Positions 13,280-26,639 of a stretch of DNA of 64,000 nucleotides are shown here, one piece after another. Where the stretch lies: the NCBI GenBank assembly GCA_964016885.1, contig OZ024742.1, positions 71,796,001-71,860,000 on the forward strand, read 5' to 3'. The notes beneath the pieces are model-generated. The model made no database searches. It saw only the letters and a list, made by a program, of their open reading frames with translations, and was not told the DNA's origin. The first letter of the stretch is position 1. Each line of letters begins with the position of its first letter. A program made the translations under genes and the position numbers. Source of the DNA: Eledone cirrhosa. Its lineage: Eukaryota.

Positions 13280-16200
13280 GCCTCTGATAAAGCTAGGCGT
13301 GAAAGTCGGATTGCTTTCCGAACACGTCCTGGTCTTCCACCTGATGTCCGCCCAAAGTTGCGTGCTGCAGCTTCCCTAAACCGCAGCTCGGCAGAACATG
13401 AAAGCTTCAGCCTACGAGATGATGGGCAGATATGGAAGTTTGTTAAGGCTGGCGAATCATGGAAAAGAGACACCAGCTGGTCTGAAAACACTGCACCCAC
13501 AACAACTGACAATAAAGAAACTGAAAAAACTCTGGGAAACTAAATCAGAACAACCTGCCATCCCTTGCACATAATCATAGACTGGAATCAAAGTACAAAT
13601 TGTTGTCCTTGAATGCACGTAGTCTATGCAATAAGATTCATCTTTTTGACTCCTACGTCAAAAGTATCAACCCGGACTTCATTACAGTCACGGAAACTTG
13701 GGTACATCCCTTACTCTGCGATGGGGTTTTCAGCATGACTGGCTACAACCTGTTTCGTAAAGACCGCATTAATCGTCGTGGTGGTGGTGTAATGGTCTAC
13801 GTTCGGTCAAATCTGTCGGCAATTCCTTGTGCTGATTTGAACCAATCACAGCAGGAAGTTTTTTTCTGCGATATACGTATGACCATGTCAACACTGCTAC
13901 TTGGAGTCGTTTACCGTCTCCCAAATTACCATCAGGACACTCAACTTTGTGATATCCTCAGAGCTGCTGCCAGGAAGACAGCCACTTATGTTTTCATTGC
14001 AGGTGACTTCAATCACCCTGAGATTGACTGGGAGACCTTTCGTTGGCCGCCAAGTGCAAATGACTTCCTTGAGCTGGTGCTGGACTCGAGTTGGTCCCAG
14101 GTGGTCACCTCCCCAACGAGAGGTGACAACACTTTGGACATACTCTTCACCACTACTCCTGAAACGGTCATTAGTGTTACTGCTGAGGAACCTTTAGGTG
14201 ACTCTGATCATGCTATGATCATTGCCAATATATCCCTCATGGGCAGTAACAAGAACCACAACCATCTCCAAACTGCTCACTTTGACTGGAATAAAGCAGA
14301 CTGGAACTGTTACTGCACCGAGTTGCAATGGCCAAACTGGCTTGAGTTCTACGACTCTGGTGATGTCAACACTGTACTCCAGAACATCCTGAGCTCAATA
14401 TGGACAGCATGTGCAGCATCGGTGCCACGTAAGCAGAAAAAACATCCCAAAAGCGCAATTTGGGAGACTGCAGCAGTCCGTCTTGCCAGAAAAGAACGGC
14501 GCAATGCTGAACGTGAGTACAAACTTCACAAATCAGACATTAATAGGAAGAGGCGAAATAGATCGTCCAACCATCTCAAACAGGTGACAAAAAAGGCAGT
14601 GCTTCAATTTGAGCAGCGCATAGCAACCAGCCCTGACAGTAAGGTGTTCTGGAAGTATGTTCACTCAAAGCAGAGGCCCCACTCTCCAGTTGGTCCTCTT
14701 CGCAATCCCCACACAAGCCAGGTTACTGACGACCCCAAGGAATGCGCAGAGCTCATTGCTGAATGCTATGCAGGTATTTTCACTATTGAAGACCAGAGTG
14801 TGCCACCTCCACCACCTATGTCACCGGACTCTATTACAACCATGGAATTTACACCTGCAATGCTGCGACGTCACCTAAAAAATAAACGCAACCATGCCTC
14901 TCCTGGTCTTGGTGGTGTTACGTACCTGCTTCTTAAACGTGGTGGGTACTTCCTTCTACACCAGTTATCACGCTTCTTCCAATTCTGTCTGAACAACAGT
15001 GCTACTCCAGAACAGTGGAAAACTGCCAGTGTCATTCTTCTGTTCAAAAAGGGTGACCGCACATCACCTGTGAACTATCGTCCAGTCAGTCTTACTAGTT
15101 GCATCGCCAAACTGATGGAATCCTGTGTCAGGGAAACACTTTGGAACTTCTGGAGCTCTCACAGTCTTATCCGGCCCTCGCAATTTGGATTTATCCCCAA
15201 CTCCAGCTGCTGTGATCAACTTATAGAGTTTCTTGAGGACATCACCCGGATCACTGATGGCGGCTCATGGGTAGATGTTGTTTACCTTGACTTTGCGAAG
15301 GCCTTCAATTCTGTGCCACACAAAAGGCTTATGGCAAAACTCTCTGCAATGGGTGTGAAGGATGATCTTTTTAACTGGTTGAAGTCCTTCATTCTCAGTC
15401 GAAGAGAGGTAGTCACGGTTCTGGGACAGCATTCCTCACCATATGAGATGTCATCTGGTGTACCACAGGGATCTGTTCTTGGCCCCCTATTGTTTGTGGC
15501 ATATATTAATGACATAGATGCCAACTTAAGGAATGCCACAGTACTAAAGTACGCAGACGACATCAAGCTGTACCTTGAGATAAAAAGGACAGATCCTGAA
15601 CACTATAGATCTTGCTTGACCTGGACACAATGCAACAATGGATCTCAGACTGGCAACTCAAGCTAGCTGTGGACAAGTGCACCACCATGCATTTTGGGAG
15701 TAAAAACCCAGCGTCCACATACTCCCTCCACACCACTAATATCAAGAAGTCTTCCTGTGAACGTGACCTGGGCATTACGGTCAGCAGCGATTTGTGTTGG
15801 ACGAGGCACGTCTCTAAAATTGTCAAGAAGGCCGAGGGTGTCTTAGCATCACTCAGCAAGACCTTTGTCAGCCGCTCTCCAGATATCTATTTAAGGCTGT
15901 ATACAGCTATGGTGCGACCACACATAGAATTTGCATCACCAGTCTGGAACCCCTATCTTGCTCAGAACATTGACCGCCTGGAAACTGTTCAGAGACGTGC
16001 AACCAAGCGAATACCCTCCATCAGGCATCTACCATACTCTGAGCGCCTTGCTTCCCTGGGCATGGATTCATTGAAGCTCCGACGCCTGGCAACTGACTTG
16101 GTAAACACCCACAAAATTGTTAACCATGTTGCCAACAACAACCCTGAGTACCTTTTTGATTTCCATGTGTCTAACACACGTGGACATGCCCACAAAGTAA

Positions 16201-16460
16201 GAAAACAGCACAGTTCCCATGACTTTCAGAAACATTTTTTCACGCTCAGAGTTGCTGAAGCATGGAACAAACTACCTGCATCAGTTGTTAGCTGTCGAGA
16301 TACTGCATCCTTTAAAGCCTCCATGCTTCCCGAGATCCGCCAACACTACAGCTAACACATACACACATGTACTTCCCTGACATTTGTGTATTATTCTATG
16401 TACTATATTGACGAGTTGTGGTGCACCTGAGCACTTTACACAATAATTTCATTATTATTA
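13280..16460 (+). mobile_element. CR1/L2-like LINE, 5'-truncated in ORF1, ORF2 (APE + RT) nearly intact with one frameshift
   Basis: ORF 13600-15666 has APE motifs (LNARS, VTETW, GDFN, SDH) and RT motifs (YRPVSL, DFAKAF, GVPQGSVLGP, YADD). It continues in ORF 15612-16355 (ERDLG, VRPHIE, QRRATK). Ends cacctgagcact...(att)n. Confidence 0.92.
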
Positions 16461-16559
16461 TATGTTCTGTTTAAATTTTCATTCTGAAAGAATTGCAAAC
16501 GATGTGTAATGTTATTTATACAACTATGCAAATATCGGATAAGTAGCACTCAGCAGTTT

Positions 16560-18784
16560 ATTGGACTGGAGTATATATAAGAAGATTCAGCGCAACTGAC
16601 GGACTTGGTTGGAATCTTCATTTTGAACTCTTTAAATCGGAAAATTCCTCAACTTCGCGGTGGAATCTATCGTGACGATGCCCTTTTTACTGTCTTACAC
16701 TGTAACATAGTAAACCTTATATTATCAAGAATAATATACTTGATCTATTTAAGCACCTTAACCTAAAAATTGAATTTGAGAACAACGTTAAATTATCTAA
16801 CTTCCTAGATATATCCCTTAATCTAGACACCGGACTATATTACCCATACCATAAGGATAATGAAAACCTAAATTATGTAAATTTGAAATCAAACCACCCT
16901 ATTAATGTTAAAACTGCTATAGTCAGAAATGTTGAAAAAAGAATTTCTAATCTATCTTCTAATAAACTTATCTTTGACGCTAAAGTCAATTATTACAATA
17001 ATGCGCTATCCAGAGCTGGTTATCCAGACAGAATTAAATACACTAATGAAACCAATCATGGCTGAACTTATAGTAATATAGCTAGTTATAAGCATTCCAA
17101 TAACATAAAGAGGAGACCTAGATATAAAAATATTATTTGGTACAACACTCCTTTTTCTTTTTCTATTATTAGTAATATTCCTAAATTATTTTTTAGGGCT
17201 TAGATAAGTGCTTCCCTCCTTCACATATTTATAGTAAGATCTTTAATAAGCATACAATTAAATTCTCTTATTCCACCACTTCCAACATTTCTAACATTAT
17301 CTCAAAACATAATACTAAAATATTAAATAATAACTCATATTCATCCAACCCTTAGCGTCATAGTAATAACACTATAAGGCCCGACGTCAATGTAAACTCT
17401 AGACATAAATATAAATACGACGTCAAACGTAATTTCGATGAATGCTCCTAGACAAGATAACTTAATATAAATACGACGTCAAACGTAATTTCGATGAATG
17501 CTCCTAATAATAATCTAAATCAGGAAACATTAGCACCTCCTTTAGTTAATTTCTCCACTACATTTCCTTCTATAAATAATTCTGGGTCACTTGCAAATAA
17601 CTCTGTTAATAACACTAATCGTAAATGCAATTGCCCTAATAGAACTAAATGTCCTCTTAATAATTACTGTCTCGATAAAAATTTAGTATACGAATGTAAG
17701 GTGATAACTAGTACCAATTCTTATACCTACATTGGCTCTACTTCTACTTCCTTTAAGGCAAGATTATATAACCATTCTTCGTCTTTTAAATACCCACTTA
17801 AAAGAACAAACACTGCACTCTCAGAACTCACCTAGTCCTTAAAAGACAAAAACATTAATTACAAAATTTCTTGGCGTAAAATATGCAATGCTTCTCCATA
17901 TTCCAACGCTTCCATATCTAGAACTTGTAATTTATGTCTAGCGGAAAAATTTACCATTATCTCTAATTTTAACTCTATAATAAATAGACGCACAGATTTA
18001 TTTTCGCTTTGCATCCATAAATCGCTTAGGTCATTTCACGAAGTATACAGCTAATATCTTACTCCATAATTAAAATTAAAAACTTTTTCTCACACATATA
18101 TATCTTTTTCTCACATATACCCCTTTTTTCTCGCATATTTCAGTACATTCTACAATTTTCATTCATACTATGACGTTTTTGGTCCACTCATTTTTTAATT
18201 CACTATAGCAAACTCCTTTATCTTCTTGGGGATACAATTTTTTTTTTTTATTGTTCATCTTTATATCATTTCTTCTCAATATTACTTTTTCTTAAGCCGC
18301 TATATTTCCCAATTTTTTACTTCAAATCTATTAATATTAACATTAAGTGAATTTTGTAAACAAAGTTTGACGTCATTTTTTCTTCCTCGTTTTTTTCTTT
18401 TTTCTTCTCTCTTTCCGTGCTTGTCTTTGCTTAAATAATTACTTTTTCACAGAAACACCTTTTCAATTACAATCTATTTAAACAAACTAGGACCCTATAT
18501 CGTCTTCTAAGCTTATAAATCATTTAATTTTATTTTTATTCACCTTATCTTATTTTACTTTATTTTATCTTAATAATACATTTTAATAAAACTTTTTCGC
18601 ACATCTTAAATAAATCCTTCAGTATATAAACCCTAAATAAATAGTATACTTAATTTCTATATCTGTAATCATAAACATCTTCAATCATAAACCTCATCAA
18701 TTTTTAATTATTTAATTTATTTATAAATTTACAACCGTTTTTTTTCAGTTATTTTTCAGTGGAGACAGCGTTTTTCAGTTTAAA

Positions 18785-18860
<76 letters not shown>

Positions 18861-19145
18861 ACTCTTCCTCCGTTATCCTTTCCTTCTTTTTCCCTTTCTT
18901 CCTCTTCCTTCCTTTTTTCCCCTTCCTTCCCTTTTTTCAAATCTTATATATCCTTTTAAATTTATTTATCATATGTTAATTAGTCACTACCTTGTTCACA
19001 AGTGTTTTTTTAAAGCATCATATGATGTATCCCTATTTTTTTTATCTGATGAGAACGCAAATATCGTCCTAGGATGATATTTGTTTTTGAAATGCGCAAA
19101 ATAAAATACATGGAACTTTTTTAACCATCTTTTAATTTCTTCTTA
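16560..19145 (+). mobile_element. Penelope-like element (Naiad-like), 5'-truncated and degenerate
   Basis: Translates SAQLTDLVGIFIL...GGIYRDD (RT), SNHP thumb, CNC..CPL..C and VYECKV...YIGST...FKAR (GIY-YIG). Long pyrimidine-rich 3' UTR ends in a hammerhead-like motif and TA. Confidence 0.85.
19041..19105 (+). ncRNA. Degenerate hammerhead ribozyme in the PLE 3' end
   Basis: tttat-CTGATGA-long stem II (gcaaatatcgtcc/ggatgatatttgt)-GAAA-TGCGCA palindrome-aa-ataaa; the U expected before the cleavage site is A. Confidence 0.55.
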
Positions 19146-19152
19146 TATATAC

Positions 19153-19925
19153 AAAAACAAATAACGAAACGAAATTAAATTTCGTTTCGTTTGTAACTCA
19201 CTTTTGTATGACTGACGCTTAAACAATTAAGTTAAAAATGTACATCCACATATGTATACTGAAATACTAGTATGCATATGAATACACACACGTGTACATA
19301 TGTAGATGTACCGAGTTTTTCACTGGACACTTTACTGTGAGTGTCCAGCTATTCTGTATGTAAACACACAGACAAACCGGTTTTTAGAGTCATACTGGTT
19401 TTCGAGGAAACACCTTTCCTCTATTCTCCAGAAAGCCAGACAGGAATATTGGACTAGTTTCGATGTTGTTACATCTCATCAGCAATATTTACCTATCTTC
19501 CGGCCTTTCTAGAGAATCGTAAAAGCACATATGGTTATATGCTTTTTCTATGAAAATTAGTAGTGGGCAGACTAATTTGCATAGAGCGTGAGTACGTACC
19601 GGTTCAGCGGAGACGATAAAAACAAATAACGAAACGAAATTAAATTTCGTTTCGTTTGTAACTCACTTTTGTATGACTGACGCTTAAACAATTAAGTTAA
19701 AAAATGTACATCCACATATGTATACTGAAATACTAGTATGCATATGAATACACACACGTGTACATATGTAGATGTACCGAGTTTTTCACTGGATACTTTA
19801 CTGTGAGTGTCCAGCTATTCTGTATGTAAACACACAGACAAACCGGTTTTTAGAGTCATACTGGTTTTCGAGGAAACACCTTTCCTCTATTCTCCAGAAA
19901 GCCAGACAGGAATATTGGACTAGTT
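19153..19925 (-). mobile_element. Retrozyme-like tandem repeat, family A (465-nt unit, ~1.7 copies)
   Basis: Unit starts at 19153 and 19618; contains a canonical hammerhead; flanked by (TA)n. Confidence 0.8.
19445..19489 (-). ncRNA. Type I minimal hammerhead ribozyme
   Basis: Minus strand: AATATTG CTGATGA GATGT aaca ACATC GAAA CTAG TC CAATATT. 7-bp stem I, 5-bp stem II, palindromic ACTAGT stem III, GUC cleavage triplet. Confidence 0.92.
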
Positions 19926-19986
19926 ATATTGGACTTAATTATATATATATAAGCCAGACAGGAATATTGGACTAGTTATATTGGAC

Positions 19987-21274
<1,288 letters not shown>

Positions 21275-21275
<1 letters not shown>

Positions 21276-21518
21276 AAATTCCAAACATGGAAGCAGTGCC
21301 TAGAAAGAAAGGGTCTCAAAGTCAACCTGACAAAGACTAAGGTTCTTGTAAGTAAACGAGAAAACAGAACCCAGATCCCCTCAGGGAAATGACCTTGCTC
21401 AGTATGTAGGAAAGATGTAGGTAGGAACTCCATCCTCTGCCCCAAATGCAAACAATGGGTACACAAGAGATATAGTAGGATCTCAGCAAGGCTAACTAAG
21501 AATGTAGGCTTCATATGT
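21275..21518 (+). mobile_element. RTE LINE fragment
   Basis: WKQCLERKGLKVNLTKTKVLV...CSVCRKDVGRNSILCPKCKQWVHKR, same family as 42650-43600. Confidence 0.7.
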
Positions 21519-22175
21519 AGAGAGAAGCTAACAGTCTATTTCACGCTGTTTTGCGTTCATCAGAGTCACGCAGCCCCTGCTTCCACCGAAAATGATAGAA
21601 GCTGGATTCTTATAGAATTCCAGTAATAATCAGGAGCTGATTATATAGAGCGATTGCGGGTTCAGCAAAAATTAGGTATTAGGATTGGTGCTCTGAAATA
21701 GCGATGTATACATGAGTGTATGTATAGTATATTTGGCAATATACCGTATGTTTAATTAAAAACATTTAGAAGACCATACGCTATCGGTTTTAAAGTAGTG
21801 AATATGTCACTTACTTCTTTTCGACGAAAGAAGCTATATTGCCAAATATACTATACATACATTCATGTATACATCGCTATTTCAGAGCACCAATCCTAAT
21901 ACCTAATTTTTGCTGGACTGGCAATCGCTCTGTATAATCAGTTCCTGATTATTACTGGAATTCTATAAGAATCCAGTTTCTATAATTTTCGGCGGAAGCA
22001 GGGGATGCGTGATTCTGATGATCGCCAACCAACTTGAAACAGACTGTTAGCTTCTCTCCCTTCTTTCGCCGAAAAGAAGTAAGTGACATAGTCACTACTT
22101 TAAAGCCGATAGCGTATGGTCTTCTAAATGTTTTTAATTATACATACGGTATATTGCCAAATATACTATACATAC

Positions 22176-22180
<5 letters not shown>
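21519..22180. mobile_element. Retrozyme-like family B: two head-to-head, differently permuted copies of a ~315-nt unit
   Basis: 21519-21834 is the reverse complement of sequence in 21835-22180. The right copy repeats tatattgccaaatatactatacatacatt at both ends (21835, 22150). Each copy has CTGATGA...GAAA. Confidence 0.8.
21525..21570 (-). ncRNA. Minimal hammerhead ribozyme (family B)
   Basis: Minus strand: ct CTGATGA ACGC aaaaca GCGT GAAA TAGACTG TT agct; stem I is short. The plus-strand copy at ~22010-22053 has a decayed stem II. Confidence 0.7.
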
Positions 22181-22211
<31 letters not shown>

Positions 22212-22384
22212 GAAAGGTATAGAAAGTATTGTAGCAAGAAGCCAACAGTATTCCATAATATATATATGGAGTGAAATTTAAGTAAGTTAATTACTATAAT
22301 TTTCTTATTTTACGTCTTTCATATATATATATGAAAAACGTAAAATAAGAAAATTATAGTAATTAACTTACTTACTTAAATTTC

Positions 22385-22466
22385 ACTCCAACTAATTAGT
22401 TTCTGAAAGGGGATTTACATAGTCTTCAAATGGAGATCATGGAGAAACCTTTCTTCATCAGGGAGT
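22385..22466 (-). ncRNA. Type I hammerhead ribozyme (family C, copy 1)
   Basis: Reverse complement of the motif at 23464-23545. Confidence 0.75.
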
Positions 22467-22914
22467 CATTCTCGGCTAAGGTTCCTGGCGATGCGCGGAC
22501 ACAGGAAACTTATACAAAAATAATTCAGTGGATGGAAAAGAGCAAGCACGGACTAAATTCCAAGACATTGAAAAAAATCACTGCCTTCTTGGCCGGTGGC
22601 AAATTCAAAAGAATCAATCACGTGACATCGACGTTAATCAGTGAGGAGTGGGGTTTTAAAAAGACAGTAGCCAAGCCAATACTATGAACCATAGTAGTAA
22701 TTTAGGCAAATTTTTGCTCAACAAAATAATTTGGAGATAATTATAAAGAATTAGTATATCTACCAACATATTTATACAGATGTATACTTACGCTAGCAAA
22801 TATATAGGTTTTGTCTTAGTAACTTTGTGGTTCAATGCAAAGGGATGCAGAACAATTATATGAAAGACGTAAAATAAAAAAAATTATAGTAATTAACTTA
22901 CTTACTTAAATTTC

Positions 22915-22996
22915 ACTCCAACTAATTAGTTTCTGAAAGGGGATATACATAGTCTTCAAATGGAGATCATGGAGAAACCTTTCTTCATCAGGGAGT
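22915..22996 (-). ncRNA. Type I hammerhead ribozyme (family C, copy 2)
   Basis: Reverse complement of the motif at 23464-23545. Confidence 0.75.
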
Positions 22997-23463
22997 CATT
23001 CTCGGCTAAGGTTCCTGGCGATGCGCGGACACAGGAAACTTATACAAAAATAATTCAGTGGATGGAAAAGAGCAAGCGCGGACTAAATTCGAAGACATTG
23101 AAAAAAGTTACTAAGACAAAACCTATATATTTGCTAGCATAAGTATACATCTGTATAAATATGTTGGTAGATATACTAATTCTTTATAATTATCTCCAAA
23201 TTATTTTGTTGAGCAAAAATTTGCCTAAATTACTACTATTGTTCATAGTATTAGCTTGGTTACTGTCTTTTTAACACCCCACTCCTCACTGATTAACCTC
23301 GATGTCACGTGATTGATTCTTTTGAATTTGCCACCGACCAAGAAGGCAGTGATGTTTTCAATGTCTTTGAATTTAGCCCGCGCTTGCTCTTTTCCATCCA
23401 CTGAATTATTTTTTGTATAAGTTTCCTGTGTCCGCGCATCGCCAGGAACCTTAGCCGAGAATG

Positions 23464-23545
23464 ACTCCCTGATGAAGAAAGGTTTCTCCATGATCTCCAT
23501 TTGAAGACTATGTCTATCCCCTTTCAGAAACTAATTAGTTGGAGT
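23464..23545 (+). ncRNA. Type I hammerhead ribozyme (family C, copy 3)
   Basis: ACTCC CTGATGA a GAAAGG...CCTTTC a GAAA CTAATTAG TT GGAGT. Stem I 5 bp, palindromic stem III, GUU triplet. Confidence 0.78.
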
Positions 23546-23710
23546 GATATTTAAGTAAGTAAGTTAATTACTATAATTTTCTTATTTTACGTCTTTCATA
23601 TAATTGTTCTGCATCCCTTTGTATTGAACCACAAAGTTACTAAGACAAAACCTATATATTTGCTAGCGTAAGTATACATCTGTATAAATATGTTGGTAGA
23701 TATACTAATT

Positions 23711-23778
<68 letters not shown>

Positions 23779-24851
23779 AAAAGAGGATGGTTGTGTAGTT
23801 GCTAGTAAAATTAAGCTTTAAAATGGAATGAGAATAAGAAAGCAAGAACGGGGCGGGGAGGGGGGGGGGGTCAGTTTTCCTCATGAGTTGTCTAATGGGG
23901 ATCTCGGATATTTCAACACTTTAAAGACAATATATCTACCCCCAGAGCATTCAATAACAGGGTAAGTTATTGGGAAAAATAGAGGAGGGAGAGAAGGAAA
24001 ATAGAAGGGAAAAGAGGAAAAGGGAAGAAAAGAGAAACAGAAAAAAACAAGAAACTGAAGAATGGGCAGCAACTGAAGGCAAGAGAATCCAAGACCACAG
24101 CGGTAACAGAACATAAGTTCAAGAGCGTGTGATCGAACGAAAAAAGACGTGATCGATCCAAGCGAGTGTAAATGAGAAAAAGACTGCTAGAAGGTCAGGC
24201 GGGGGAAACATTGAGGTGGCAGACAGAGAGAGGGTGAGTGAAAGTGAGAGGAAGAAAGAGAGGAAGAGTAGATAGTAACGAAATAGGTAGGTAGAGGGAG
24301 AGAGAAGACGGGTCACAGCGAAACATGGTAAAATATATGGAGAATAGGATGGCTATGTAGTTGCTAGTAAAGTTAAGCTTAAAAATGGAATGAGAATAAG
24401 AAGAAAGCAAGAACAGGGGACAAAACAAGATCGTAACAACTAACCACAGCAATATTAAATTAAATAACAACTTAACCAGCGACAGACGGATTTTACGAAT
24501 GAGCTAAGCAGATATTTCAATCATATACTAAATTTATAGAAGAACACCCCTCGATTTCCTTGGGAAAAACTTTTTTCCTCTTATTTTTGTGTGCTATCAT
24601 AGCCTCCAAGATACTCACAATTACTTGGTGGCATTTCTTTCGCTACATTAATCATGTTTGGGTCACCAAATGAAGCTAACTTTTATTTATTGTGAAATAA
24701 ATACCAACAATTCTGGTTGAATATATATCACTTCAGCAAAAAGGAAAAAATATGATTACTTTGAATCGTAAATATGTTTGATTATAGTGTTCATGAATGA
24801 ATATAGTGTTCAGTAAAGCCCCAGTGTTGTGCACGAATCCTTTATTATATA

Positions 24852-25554
24852 CTAGCTGAGGTATTCGGCTTCGCTCGGGAGAACAGTTAAGAGAAGACAG
24901 AAAAAGAGAAAACGACTGTATTGGACGTGTTGTCTGGTATGAGTTGGGACCGTAATGTGTGTGTGTATGTTAGAGAACAACCATAAAACTTCCTTATTAG
25001 GCTGGGGGAGTAAACTATCGATTAAATGGTAGCATTGGACTTGGATTTTAAATGTGAAATAACCATAGTCAGTATGATCTTTTTCAGCTCCAAAGGACGT
25101 CATCTGAAACACAGCAATATACCACATAACATTGCTTCTGAAGTGTTTAGCTTCGTTAGTACGGTCTGTAAGTAGTATATGGATAAATGCTGGAGGGTAA
25201 ATTAATTTCAAATAGTATCAATTTTTCTTTGTTCTGTAAAACGAATTTATAAAAGCTAATGCAATATTGTTAAACCTTCCTCGAGACCAAAGGATCTACA
25301 ATTTGAGCCGTTTCTAGACTTTCTTGGGAGGGACGTTACTCTCTCTCTCTTTCTCTGAATATCTAACTCTTTAATTGTATCTCTCTTTCTGTATAATGGC
25401 CTATCTCTCTCTTTCTGCCTCTCCTTCAGTGTCTGTCTCTCTCTTTAGATGTGTGAGTATATATTTGTGTGTGTGTGTGTGTATATGTATGTAGTTTCTG
25501 TGTGATTCAACCAACCAACCAATAAACATCTTTCTTTTATATTATATATATAGA
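24852..25554 (-). mobile_element. Non-autonomous Helitron with a Rep fragment
   Basis: Minus strand A|TCTAT 5' end; 3' cccgagcgaagccg hairpin followed by CTAG|T; internal FQMTSFGA...FKIQVQCYHLIDSLLP Helitron motif. Confidence 0.85.
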
Positions 25555-26221
25555 TATGTAATACATTTATCTAAGTATTCACTGTTGTATAAAAAGAAAT
25601 ACAATACAAACAAAAGCGCAAACAAATATAATACAAAGGGAAATGAAAACAAGCAAAAGGAAAAGAAAGAGTAAAGAAATAAACAAACGGTTAACACACA
25701 CAACTGAGACCACATACAACAAAAGGCAGGCGAAAGTGGTGGACAACTGAGCTGCTACCAGAGTAAAGAGTAAAAGATAACAGTATCGCAAGGAGCACTG
25801 AGAAACCTCTCTAATAATTTTTGAGGCAAGCTAGCACACTCGCGCCATTTCCCCAGGTGATGCGCTGGAACAACGAAGCACCATGGAATGTTCCCGTAAA
25901 TGAAAAGTGACAAGTTCTAGTTGATAGTACATAGCTAGCTGGCTGGTGTAGTAGTAAACCATTATGTATCCAGACTGTGTTGTGTAGCGAAGAGGCAGAG
26001 AACAGTGAGTTAGGGCCAGATGACAGCCTATTTATAATAGCCGATAGTTATTTAACTGATAGATAACAGATGACTCCAGAATATGTTCTCCATCGTATCA
26101 CTAGTGCTGTAAATCCTACCAGCAGGGAAAATTTATCTATTGTCTTCCCTACGTCGCAGATCACTTACTTGGTACCCATGAGAAAACATTTCTATTGCTA
26201 TATATATATATATATATATAT

Positions 26222-26635
26222 ATTAGAATTAGTGCTCTGAAATAGCGATATATATATGAATGTATATATATAGTGTATTTTGCAATACACTGTATGCTTA
26301 ATTAAAAGCATTTTGAAGACCATACGCTATTGTTTTAAAGTAACGACAATGTTGCTTACTTAAATTTTCAGCAAACAAGGGGAGATATGCTGACAGAGCT
26401 CTGTTTCGTACTTTTTGGAATTCTATAAGAATCAAACACATAATTTTCAGCAGACAGAGAGAGTAGTGAGCTTTGATAAGTACCAAAAAGTACAAAACAG
26501 AGCTCTGTCAGCTTATCTCCCTTTGTTTGCTGAAAATTTAAGTAAGCGACATTGTCGCTACTTTAAAACAATAGCGTAAGGTCTTCAAAATGCTTTTAAT
26601 TAAGCATACAGTGTATTGCAAAATACCCTATATAT
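26222..26635. mobile_element. Retrozyme-like element related to family B, head-to-head inverted partial copies
   Basis: 26270-26417 is the reverse complement of ~26483-26632. Shares gtgctctgaaatagcgat, gaagaccatacgctat and ggaattctataagaatc with 21519-22180. Hammerhead-like motif at 26468-26514; (TA)n flanks. Confidence 0.75.
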
Positions 26636-26639
26636 ATAT

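Larger units (their letters stand above)
22268..23715. mobile_element. Retrozyme-like family C: 530-nt unit, ~1.45 copies (-) joined head-to-head to ~1.15 copies (+), plus a 55-nt fragment
   Basis: Period 530 (22430 vs 22960); inversion junction near 23105; three hammerheads; bounded by (TA)n. Confidence 0.82.
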
